Shown here: one piece after another, positions 57,001 through 64,000 of the stretch
Layout: every line of letters starts with the position of its first letter
Numbering within the stretch: position 1 is the first letter of the stretch
Source of the DNA: Erythrobacteraceae bacterium
GTDB lineage: Bacteria > Pseudomonadota > Alphaproteobacteria > Sphingomonadales > Sphingomonadaceae
DNA: 64,000 nt
Direction: 5' to 3'
NCBI GenBank assembly: GCA_027489095.1
Contig: JAIYAL010000042.1
Coordinates: 8,153-72,152 of the forward strand
Program-made: the position numbers and the translations under genes
The notes under the pieces: model-generated
What the model saw: only the letters and a program-made list of their open reading frames with translations
Databases searched by the model: none
What the model was told of the DNA's origin: nothing

Positions 57001-57379
57001 GCGTGCGGTTCGAGCCGAGCTGACGCAGGTTGAGCGTTGCCTGACCGGCCCCGCCCGCGCCGCGCTCGATCGAGTCGGCGACGGTGCCCGAGGAAATCAG
57101 CGCGGGGATCTGCCGCAGTGCAGCGGTCGGATCGGTGCCGCCGAAATTCTGGATCGCTTCCGCATCGACGGTGCTGATCGGCAGCGGCGCGGTTGCATTG
57201 GGATCGCGGGCAATGCGCGAACCGGTCACGATGATCGGCGTTTCATCTTCCGCGGCAGCGTCGTCATCGGCGATGCTGTCCTGCGCGATGGCGGGCGCGG
57301 CGGCGAAGCCGGCGACGATCATCGCCGCGGCGAGCGCCGGGAGCGAGGTCATGTGGAGTGTCGAATTCTTGATACGCAT
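54077..57379 (-). CDS. TonB-dependent receptor
   Basis: Signal peptide, IIVTGSRI, LNLRQLGSNRTLVLIDG, VLTGGASAVYGADAVTGVVN and C-terminal GVTASF. Confidence 0.95.
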   Translation of the reverse strand: MRIKNSTLHMTSLPALAAAMIVAGFAAAPAIAQDSIADDDAAAEDETPIIVTGSRIARDPNATAPLPISTVDAEAIQNFGGTDPTAALRQIPALISSGTVADSIERGAGGAGQATLNLRQLGSNRTLVLIDGWRHVSGVAGSQTVDVSTIPNALIERVEVLTGGASAVYGADAVTGVVNYVLKRDFEGLTLNGQMGISSQGDGQSARIEGVYGKNFADGRGNVTFAAGYTKDQELLFGDREFTRDNGRGNNSATYQNPLRRFQRGDINASTMPNFANRFRIGGSAPASGRFPYGGVIPTPADIATLFPGGITAAEQALVDRAANAPLFVIRPDARFAISSMSGVIYRADFSRFPGLDINTNGTADCNESYIGRVVFGGGGCYTTDANGNVKVFNDGLIAGTANQFGGDGAVERVNEASLIPGSERIYGNLRTSFEFSTAARVWVDAKYARNDTTTRNAYNTFYDTLFISPQNPFIPAVLQNDANAAGGLLVSRDFSDLGPNISKSKRETYRIVGGVDGEITPNLRYELVGNYGRTDNQTTTGNSVRYDRLFAALDVVQGPNGPTCRSNITPGAVPPGSDAFPVIASGFFTFTPGANSGCVPANLFRGANSVSPQAAAWITTPTTSRARLEQLVFTGLLSGDTGGFFNLPGGAVQFSLGAEYRKEKSQTELDPLVLGLLPAGSPAGPAGTFIGNISPNQSLIFDATRNLNAGGQFDVVEVFGEVMLPILSDTPFFHELSVGAAGRYADYSTVGGAFTWNANGVWAPIPDIRFRGTYSVAIRAPNISELFAPESTAFFRPADPCSQSSINSLIANNDPNAQNRLANCRADGIPVGYEDPLTARFAGLAGGNPNLKEETATTFTVGGVIQPRFIRGLTLSADYYSIKIEDAIAAVAAQDIVNNCYDLPTFPNSFCGLFTRNRTAGSPTFLGFNFLRQSSINFARLDTRGIDAQVNYAFSFGQNNFNLSVNGNWTERLNRFFDPLRPDVANPGLRETGAPEFTGFGSATWNRGDFTLNYGVQYIESTAVASVIQIERINFEFGPAGFAPDYWIHNLAFNLDATEDFTIYGGINNVTNEIPYLSSSAYPVSGMGRSFFLGVTASF

Positions 57380-57766
57380 GATGATTTCCTCGCGAGAAAC
57401 AGGCCAATGAGCGGTGCAAGACCGCCTGCTGCAACAGGTCGTCCATCGTCAGGTATGCCGCCGCCGGAAAGCCAGATGGCTTGCCTCGGGCGGACCCTGC
57501 CGGTCCTTCCTGCGCGAGTTTCGGTCAGCCCGGGCTGTTCGCCCTGTGTCTGCCGCCCCCCAAAACGCTCCTCAAAAGAGGTGCGCGTTCCCGGTATTAC
57601 CTTTCACGTCCGGCGTGGTAAGGGGGAAACATAGGTTCAAGGCAGGGTTGCGGGCTTTTGGCGGGGGAGTGTCACCCGGAAGCAACAATGCCCTGAACTG
57701 GCATGCAAACCTTCATGTATTTGAAGGGTTCGCGTAGCCGCTCCCGCTCTGCTAGCACGCCTCTCC

Positions 57767-59455
57767 ATGAGCGAACGGCCAAGCAACGAATGGATCATCA
57801 CGGCGCGTGAATGCCTGACGGCGGCGCGCGATTACCAGGAAAGCGTGCGGGCGGCGACCTTGCGCGCCGTGGCCCCCGGCGGCGCGCCCGATCCTGCGCT
57901 GCTCACCCGCGAACAACACCGCGTCCACGGCTTTGCCTGGGTCGCAGCCAGCATCGCTGCGCTTGAGGCGACGCTGGATTGGGCGGTGCGTGCCGAAAAG
58001 GCGGGCCGCTTTACCGAGATCGAGGCGCTCTGCTTGCGGATCGGCTTTGGCGAATATTGCGCGCAGATCGCCTCGGGCCTGCCGATGAGCGCGCACGAGA
58101 TCGTCCGTCCCGCCGCGCTCGGCGCTGCTGAGGCGGCGCGCGTCTTTGCTGCGCATCCGGCGACCGCGCACCTGCTCGCCGAGGGGAGCACGCCCGATAC
58201 CCGCGCCGCCTTTGCCGCGCTGCTCGCAGACGGCGTGCGCCCTGACGAGGGGCTGGGGGCCGCCGATGGCGATGGGGCGCTCGATCTGGTGCGCGATCAG
58301 ATGCGCGCCTTCACCGCGCAGGCGATCACGCCCCACGCGCACCAGTGGCACCTTGCCGATGCGCTGATCCCCGACAGCGTCATCGCCGAAATGGCCGCGC
58401 TCGGCGTGTTCGGCGTGTGCATTCCCGAAGCGCATGGCGGCCTTGGCCTTGGCAAGCTGGCGATGGCGGTGGTCTCGGAGGAACTCTCGCGCGGGTGGAT
58501 CTGCGCCGGGAGCCTCGGCACCCGCTCGGAAATCGCCGGCGAGCTGATCGCCGAGAACGGCACGCCGGAACAGAAGGCGCGGTGGCTGCCGCGCATCGCC
58601 GACGGATCATGCCTGCCGACCGCTGTGTTCACCGAGCCCGACACCGGCTCCGATCTTGCCGCAGTACGCACCCGCGCCGCGCGTCAGGCCGACGGGAGTT
58701 GGCAGGTGACGGGCGCAAAGACATGGATCACCCACGCCGCGCGCGCTGATCTCATGACCATGCTGGTGCGCACCGACGCAGGCGTGCCGGGTTATGCGGG
58801 CCTGTCGATGCTGCTCGCCGAAAAGACCCGCGGCACTGACGGCGCGCCGTTCCCCGATGAAGGCATTGATGGCAGCGAGATCGCCGTGCTGGGCTACCGG
58901 GGCATGAAGGAATATGCGCTGGGGCTGGATGGCTTCGCGGTCGCGCCGGAGGGCTTGCTGGGCGGCAGCGAGGGGCAGGGCTTCAAGCAGCTGATGCGCA
59001 CCTTCGAGGGCGCGCGCATCCAGACTGCGGCGCGCGCGGTGGGGGTGGCGTGGAACGCCTTCGACCTTGCCATCGACTATGCTCTGGGCCGCAAGCAGTT
59101 TGGCGCGGCGCTGACACAGTTCCCGAGGGTCGCGGATAAACTGTCGCTTATGGCCGCCGAGATCGTGATGGCGCGCGAGCTCACCTATGCCGCCGCCCGC
59201 GCCAAGGACGCGCGCGCGCGCTGCGATATCGAAGCGGGCATGGCGAAACTGCTCGCCGCCCGCGCGGCGTGGAGTGCGGCGGACAACGCGGTGCAGATCC
59301 ACGGCGGCAACGGCTATGCGCTCGAATATCCGATCAGCCGCGTGCTGTGCGATGCGCGCATCCTCAACATCTTCGAAGGCGCCGCAGAGATTCAGGCGCA
59401 GGTGATCGGGCGCGGGCTGCTGGCCGGGCAGGCCCGGGCTGCCGCAGCCGCTTAA
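57767..59455 (+). CDS. mcd: (2S)-methylsuccinyl-CoA dehydrogenase-like acyl-CoA dehydrogenase
   Basis: 562 aa with the Mcd-type N-terminal extension (HGFAW...GFGEYCAQIASGLPMS), SLGTRSEIAGELI and CDARILNIFEGAAEIQA. Confidence 0.7.
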   Translation: MSERPSNEWIITARECLTAARDYQESVRAATLRAVAPGGAPDPALLTREQHRVHGFAWVAASIAALEATLDWAVRAEKAGRFTEIEALCLRIGFGEYCAQIASGLPMSAHEIVRPAALGAAEAARVFAAHPATAHLLAEGSTPDTRAAFAALLADGVRPDEGLGAADGDGALDLVRDQMRAFTAQAITPHAHQWHLADALIPDSVIAEMAALGVFGVCIPEAHGGLGLGKLAMAVVSEELSRGWICAGSLGTRSEIAGELIAENGTPEQKARWLPRIADGSCLPTAVFTEPDTGSDLAAVRTRAARQADGSWQVTGAKTWITHAARADLMTMLVRTDAGVPGYAGLSMLLAEKTRGTDGAPFPDEGIDGSEIAVLGYRGMKEYALGLDGFAVAPEGLLGGSEGQGFKQLMRTFEGARIQTAARAVGVAWNAFDLAIDYALGRKQFGAALTQFPRVADKLSLMAAEIVMARELTYAAARAKDARARCDIEAGMAKLLAARAAWSAADNAVQIHGGNGYALEYPISRVLCDARILNIFEGAAEIQAQVIGRGLLAGQARAAAAA

Positions 59456-59913
59456 AGCACCCGGCGCCAGGACTGCGCGGGAAGCTGCGCGCGCATCGGA
59501 TCGGGGACCACGGCGTCCTTGAGGTCGACATGGCGGGGGCGGTCACCGCGCAAGCGAATCTGGCGGTTCACCCGGCGCACCAGATCAAACGGATCGAACG
59601 GCTTGGAGAGGAAATCCTGCGCCCCGGCATAGATCGCCTGCGCCTTGTCCTCATCGCCGTGCATCGCGGTGAACATCATCACCGGCAGGTCATACAGCGC
59701 GGGCGAGCGGCGCAGGCGGCGCAGCAGGGTGGTGCCGGATTCGCCGGGCATCGACTGATCGAGCAGCAGCAGATCGGGGCGCTTCCTTTGCACAGCTGTC
59801 CACGCGGCCGCCGCGCTGGTCACCCAGCCGCAGGCGTGCCCTGCGTCGATCAGCACCTCGCTCGCCAGTTCAGCGATCAGCTCGTCGTCATCGGCAATCA
59901 GGATCCGGGCCAT
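59452..59913 (-). CDS. Single-domain response regulator
   Basis: ILIADDD, DLLLLD (phosphoacceptor), FTA and SKPF. Confidence 0.9.
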   Translation of the reverse strand: MARILIADDDELIAELASEVLIDAGHACGWVTSAAAAWTAVQRKRPDLLLLDQSMPGESGTTLLRRLRRSPALYDLPVMMFTAMHGDEDKAQAIYAGAQDFLSKPFDPFDLVRRVNRQIRLRGDRPRHVDLKDAVVPDPMRAQLPAQSWRRVL

Positions 59914-60064
59914 GGGGGGTCTGCCACGCTGGGGTGATGGGAAATGCCGGATTAACCACGCGCAGGTTGGGGCCTGCCTGCCGTACCCCCTCGCAATAGG
60001 CCCTAAGGGCTTGTCCCGAGCTCCCCCTAGACCCTGTTCTGAGGGGCTGTATGGGTCATGCAAT

Positions 60065-60880
60065 ATGACCAGCGATTCTCAGACAGGCGCCTCACAAAGC
60101 GCTCGCATCGGCCCGTTCTATGTAACGCAAGGCATTCACAACCTTCGCGATTATGGCGGCTATGCCGTCACGGGCGGAGGGCGGGTGCGCAGCGGGGTGC
60201 TGTTTCGCTCGGGCCAGCACATGGAAGCCTCGGGCGAGGATCTGGCGCTGGTCCACGCGCTCGATATCCGCACCGTGATCGATCTGCGCGGCACCAGCGA
60301 GCGCGCGGGCTTCCCCTGCCGGCGCCATCCGGACTTTGCCGCCGAGGTCATCGCCTATGATGGCGAGACCAGCAATTCGCCGCCGCACGAAGGCGGGGGC
60401 GGCGCGGTGGTGATGACCCCTGCCAAGGCGCGCGAGCGGATGCTGGCGGTCTACACGCGGATGCCGGTCAACCCGGCGATGATCTGGGTGTTCCAGCAAT
60501 ATTTCAACGCGTTGGATGCCAACGAAGGCGGAAGCCTCGTGCATTGCTTTGCCGGCAAAGACCGCACCGGCATCGCTGCGAGCCTGTTGCTCCACGTGCT
60601 CGGCGTCCACCACGATGACATCACGCACGAATTCCTGCTGACCAATGATGCGCCCACCCGCGCCATCCTCGAGCGCCAGTCGCTCCCCCGGATGGAGGCG
60701 CATTATGGCAGGATCGAGCCTGAGGCGCTCCACAATCTGATGGGCGTTCTGCCTGAATATCTAGAGACTTACATCAAGGAGGTGACCCGCGATCACGGCT
60801 CGCTCGATACCTATCTCGCTGCAATCTTAGGTGTGGATGGCCCAAGAAAAGAGCGCCTGCGCGCCAAGCTCGTGGCGTGA
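60065..60880 (+). CDS. Tyrosine/dual-specificity phosphatase (MptpB-like)
   Basis: NLRDYGG, VIDLRG and P-loop HCFAGKDRTG. Confidence 0.9.
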   Translation: MTSDSQTGASQSARIGPFYVTQGIHNLRDYGGYAVTGGGRVRSGVLFRSGQHMEASGEDLALVHALDIRTVIDLRGTSERAGFPCRRHPDFAAEVIAYDGETSNSPPHEGGGGAVVMTPAKARERMLAVYTRMPVNPAMIWVFQQYFNALDANEGGSLVHCFAGKDRTGIAASLLLHVLGVHHDDITHEFLLTNDAPTRAILERQSLPRMEAHYGRIEPEALHNLMGVLPEYLETYIKEVTRDHGSLDTYLAAILGVDGPRKERLRAKLVA

Positions 60881-60940
60881 CAATCGCCCGCTGCCGCCCC
60901 ATATCGCTTCCCTGAAATCTCACCCGAGGCACCGCTACCC

Positions 60941-61912
60941 ATGGCCACCCACACCACCAAGATGCTCATCATCGGCTCCGGCCCGGCCGGATACTCTGCG
61001 GCCATCTACGCCGCGCGCGCAATGCTGGAACCGATTGTCGTGCAGGGCCTCCAGCCCGGCGGCCAGCTCACCATCACCACCGATGTCGAGAATTACCCCG
61101 GCTTCCGCGACGTGGTGCAGGGCCCGTGGCTGATGGAGGAAATGCGCAGCCAAGCCGAACATGTCGGCACGCGGATGATCTGGGACACGATTGTCTCCGT
61201 CGATCTCGAAAGCGGCTCGCCGTTCCGCGCGCTGGGTGACAGCGGGGACGAGTATATCGCCGATTGCCTCGTCATCTGCACCGGCGCGCAGGCCAAGTGG
61301 CTGGGCGCTCCGGGCGAAATGGCGCTCGGCGGCAAGGGCGTTTCGGCCTGCGCGACCTGCGACGGGTTCTTCTACCGCGGCAAGCGGGTCGCGGTGATCG
61401 GCGGCGGCAATACTGCGGTGGAAGAGGCGCTCTATCTCACCAATCATTCGGACAACGTCACGCTGATCCACCGGCGCGATAGCCTGCGGGCCGAGAAGAT
61501 CCTGCAGGAGCGCCTGTTCGCCAATCCCAAGATCACCGTGCTGTGGAACAAGGGTGTAGGCAGTTTCGAGGCGGGCGAGAACGGCATGCTCCACCATCTC
61601 GCGCTGACCGACACGGTGACGGGCGAAGCCTCCACGCTGGAAGTTGACGGGGCGTTCGTCGCCATCGGCCACGCGCCTGCGACCGAGCTGTTCAAGGGCA
61701 AGCTGCCGATGGACGAAAGCGGTTATCTGCTCACCGAGCCCGGCACCCCCAAGACCGCAATCCCCGGCGTGTTCGCGGCCGGCGACGTGACCGATCACGT
61801 CTATCGCCAGGCGGTGACGGCGGCAGGCATGGGCTGCATGGCCGCGCTGGACGGCGAGCGTTACCTCGCCGCGCGCGCCCACGCGGTGCAGGAAGCTGAA
61901 GCGGCGGAGTAA
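60941..61912 (+). CDS. trxB: Thioredoxin reductase
   Basis: IIGSGPAG, GGQLTITTDVENYPGF, SACATCDG and AAGDV. Confidence 0.97.
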   Translation: MATHTTKMLIIGSGPAGYSAAIYAARAMLEPIVVQGLQPGGQLTITTDVENYPGFRDVVQGPWLMEEMRSQAEHVGTRMIWDTIVSVDLESGSPFRALGDSGDEYIADCLVICTGAQAKWLGAPGEMALGGKGVSACATCDGFFYRGKRVAVIGGGNTAVEEALYLTNHSDNVTLIHRRDSLRAEKILQERLFANPKITVLWNKGVGSFEAGENGMLHHLALTDTVTGEASTLEVDGAFVAIGHAPATELFKGKLPMDESGYLLTEPGTPKTAIPGVFAAGDVTDHVYRQAVTAAGMGCMAALDGERYLAARAHAVQEAEAAE

Positions 61913-61989
61913 GCAGGGCCCACCCCCGGCCCCGATACCCGCCCCGGCGAAGGCCGGGGGCAGGCGGGAGGGGTTAGGGGTGGACTTCG

Positions 61990-62424
61990 TTACCCGTGGA
62001 ACACCCCAATCCCGGCGTGCAGGATCAGCGCCATCAGCGCCAGCGATGACAGCGCGAACAGCGCAAACCGCACCGCCACCTTGTTGACCGTGGCCTGCAG
62101 GATCGAATGCGCGATCCGCAAACCCACATAGGCCCAGGCGAGGATCGTGTTGAACCCGTCGCCCTGGCCGATGATCGCCAGCACGATCGCGACCGCATAA
62201 AACAGCGTCGGTGCCTCGTGGAGGTGGTTGTAGTTATCGGCCTTCCAGCTGACGCTATCGGGAAGCTGCGCGCGCAGGGACGCGCCGGTCGAGCCGACCA
62301 TCCCCTTGGCATCCAGCCCCGCCTTCAGCATCGCCGGGATGCGGGTTGCGTACATCCACACCCACATCACCATCGTCCACGCCAGCAGCGCGACGACGGG
62401 TTGAAGAATATCCATTCCGATCAT
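61990..62424 (-). CDS. MAPEG-family membrane protein
   Basis: NYNHLHEAPTLFY and AWAYVGLRIAHS. Confidence 0.85.
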   Translation of the reverse strand: MIGMDILQPVVALLAWTMVMWVWMYATRIPAMLKAGLDAKGMVGSTGASLRAQLPDSVSWKADNYNHLHEAPTLFYAVAIVLAIIGQGDGFNTILAWAYVGLRIAHSILQATVNKVAVRFALFALSSLALMALILHAGIGVFHG

Positions 62425-62437
62425 TTCGTGTTCCCCT

Positions 62438-62887
62438 TCAAACAGGCAGAGCCGACGGGTCAGCCAGCAGCGTCGCCATCACCGCGCGGATCGCCAGCGC
62501 CACCAGCGCGATGCTGGAAACAAGGAACAACAAGAAGCGCACCGGCACCTTGTTCACCGTCGCCTGCCAGACCGAATGCACGATGCGAAGCACCACATAG
62601 GCCCACGCCAGCGCCACATCCACCGCGCCTGCTCCCATGATCGCGAGGATCACGACGGTGGGGTAGAAGATCGTCGGCTGCTCCATGAGGTGGCTGTAAT
62701 TGTGCGCAGGCCAGTTGAGGCGCGGATCGAGCTGTCCTTCGAGATCCTGGCCCCGGCCGCCCGGACGCGCGCCGAGGTCGATCCCCGCCTTCTTCAACGC
62801 CGGAAGCCGGACGCCCGCCATCCAGAACAGCATGATCAGCGTCCACACCACCAGCACGGCGGCGGGCGCGAGAATTTGCGCTTGCAT
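62438..62887 (-). CDS. MAPEG-family membrane protein (tandem paralog)
   Basis: NYSHLMEQPTIFY and AWAYVVLRIVHS. Confidence 0.85.
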   Translation of the reverse strand: MQAQILAPAAVLVVWTLIMLFWMAGVRLPALKKAGIDLGARPGGRGQDLEGQLDPRLNWPAHNYSHLMEQPTIFYPTVVILAIMGAGAVDVALAWAYVVLRIVHSVWQATVNKVPVRFLLFLVSSIALVALAIRAVMATLLADPSALPV

Positions 62888-62980
62888 CGATTGATCCCCT
62901 TGGAGTGCCTCTCTCGGGGGACTAGCTGCAAGAGCCGACATGGATTGTCAAATGCAACCTATCTTGGGTAGCATGTCGCC

Positions 62981-63352
62981 ATGCACCTCGCCCACGATCC
63001 CGCCGCGCCGCCTGCCGAGGCGATCACCTTCGACGACTTCTTAATGGTCGACATCCGGGCCGGGCGGATCATCCGTGCCGAGCCCTTTCCCGAAGCGCGC
63101 AAGCCCTCGCTCAAGCTCACCATCGATTTTGGCCCCGGCGTGGGGGTGAAGCGTTCCTCGGCGCAGATCGCGGAACTCTACGCGCCGGACGAGCTGGCGG
63201 GCCGGATGGTGGCGGCGGTGGTCAACTTCCCCCCGCGCCAGATCGGCACGTTCATGTCCGAGGTGCTGACGCTGGGCTTTCCCGATGATGCGGGGAGGGT
63301 GGTGCTGTTTGCGCCCGACAGCGCGGTGCCGCTTGGCGCAAGGCTGTTCTGA
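62981..63352 (+). CDS. csaA: tRNA-binding OB-fold protein CsaA
   Basis: VDIRAGRI, FPEARKPS and VNFPPRQIGTFMSEVLTLG. Confidence 0.92.
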   Translation: MHLAHDPAAPPAEAITFDDFLMVDIRAGRIIRAEPFPEARKPSLKLTIDFGPGVGVKRSSAQIAELYAPDELAGRMVAAVVNFPPRQIGTFMSEVLTLGFPDDAGRVVLFAPDSAVPLGARLF

Positions 63353-63392
63353 ACAGACGAGGCCCGCGCGGCTGGTTGGCGGTCGCTGCGGG

Positions 63393-63458
63393 TTGTCCCC
63401 GCTTTGACCCCCTCCAGACCCCCCTTAGACCCCTGTTAGGCCCTCCCTAGACCCTCTC
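63393..63458 (+). repeat. 11-bp-periodic GACCCC direct-repeat array, copy 2 (G-quadruplex motif on minus strand)
   Basis: Six units at an exact 11-bp period: TTGTCCCCGCT/TTGACCCCCTC/CAGACCCCCCT/TAGACCCCTGT/TAGGCCCTCCC/TAGACCCTCTC. Confidence 0.92.
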
Positions 63459-63476
63459 TGGCGCGGCAAATTGCGA

Positions 63477-63492
63477 TGTTTCCCGTGAAACA
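63477..63492. other. parS: parS-type centromere palindrome
   Basis: TGTTTCCCGTGAAACA, one mismatch to TGTTTCACGTGAAACA; abuts the stop codon at 63493. Confidence 0.8.
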
Positions 63493-64000
63493 TTACGCCG
63501 CCGCCGGGATCGCCGGAACCGTGATCGTCCGTTCCCCGCCGAACTCCTCGCGCACCACGATCCGCCCCAACCGTTCCAGGTGGTCGAGCAACCGCCGCAC
63601 CCGGCTGGGGGAAGCGCTGCCGTAGAGGCGGCCCAGCTCCTCCTCGCCGGGCATGGGGCGGCCCATGTGAGCGGCGATGAGGATCGCGAGATAGGGGGCG
63701 AGCAGGTCCTCCTCGATGCCATCGGCGGCGGCGGCGATGGCGCTGCAAGAAGCCTCATCGATGCAGTCCAAACCACTGATGGAAAAGGCGAAAAGCCGCC
63801 GGAACCGGGCGAGGTCAACATGGGCGGAAGGGATGCCGCGCTGGCGGCAGAGCACCGCAAAGTCGCGGAACAGCGCGGCGGCGGGGCGGAAGGTGGCCCC
63901 CTCTGCCAGCCCAAGTTCACGCACCACGCCCTCAAGGTCGCCTGATGCGCCGGACGCAGCCGGAACGGGCGGCGCGGGCGGGGCGGGCGGGGCGGGAGGA
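63493..64000 (-). CDS. C-terminal part of a larger protein, probably a DUF87/HerA-like ATP-binding protein with winged-helix tail (5' end outside the window)
   Basis: Frame open to the window edge; Pro-rich linker, then YGSASPSRVRRLLDHLERLGRIVVR. The family assignment is from recall of this tail only. Confidence 0.55.
   Translation of the reverse strand, partial: PPAPPAPPAPPVPAASGASGDLEGVVRELGLAEGATFRPAAALFRDFAVLCRQRGIPSAHVDLARFRRLFAFSISGLDCIDEASCSAIAAAADGIEEDLLAPYLAILIAAHMGRPMPGEEELGRLYGSASPSRVRRLLDHLERLGRIVVREEFGGERTITVPAIPAAA

Noticed and set aside
57264-57446. 60-aa ORF as a leader peptide of the TBDR
   Set aside because: It overlaps the TBDR start out of frame, has no clear RBS, and has no regulatory codon run.
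63960-64000. GGGGC-type microrepeat at the window end
   Set aside because: Explained as the Pro-Ala-Pro linker of the minus-strand CDS.
1-64000. Prophage, IS/transposase, integrase, rRNA or tRNA
   Set aside because: No supporting motifs in any ORF, and no cloverleaf or rRNA-like sequence seen in the intergenic gaps.

Overview
High-GC alphaproteobacterial chromosome segment, most consistent with Erythrobacteraceae/Sphingomonadales (inferred from gene content and order). It holds about 60 CDSs and no rRNA, tRNA, IS or CRISPR that I can support. The conserved backbone is dsbA-dsbA-DUF721(dciA)-mutY; nudC; mgtE; miaB-phoH-ybeY-corC; plsC-fur-mucR-rimI-tsaB-nfu; class II DAHP synthase; egtB-egtD; trxB; csaA. 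Accessory modules are interleaved: a Rieske/SnoaL/SDR trio, a lipase lipoprotein, a TPR membrane protein inside the phoH-ybeY operon, an NTP-transferase/HAD/glycerophosphotransferase-like/FkbM operon, a beta-glucan utilisation locus with a divergent flavin halogenase, an alkyl sulfatase, and an IDH-fold pseudoenzyme with ArsR next to carbonic anhydrase. The most striking non-coding signal is two parS-type palindromes 51 kb apart (12513-12528 and 63477-63492). Each is preceded, in the same orientation, by a homologous array of 11-bp-phased GACCCC repeats (44/55 nt identical between copies) whose complementary strand is a G-quadruplex motif. Other candidates are a shared LacI operator linking the halogenase to the glucan locus and a riboswitch-like leader before egtB. 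All assignments come from manual motif reading; no database searches were run.
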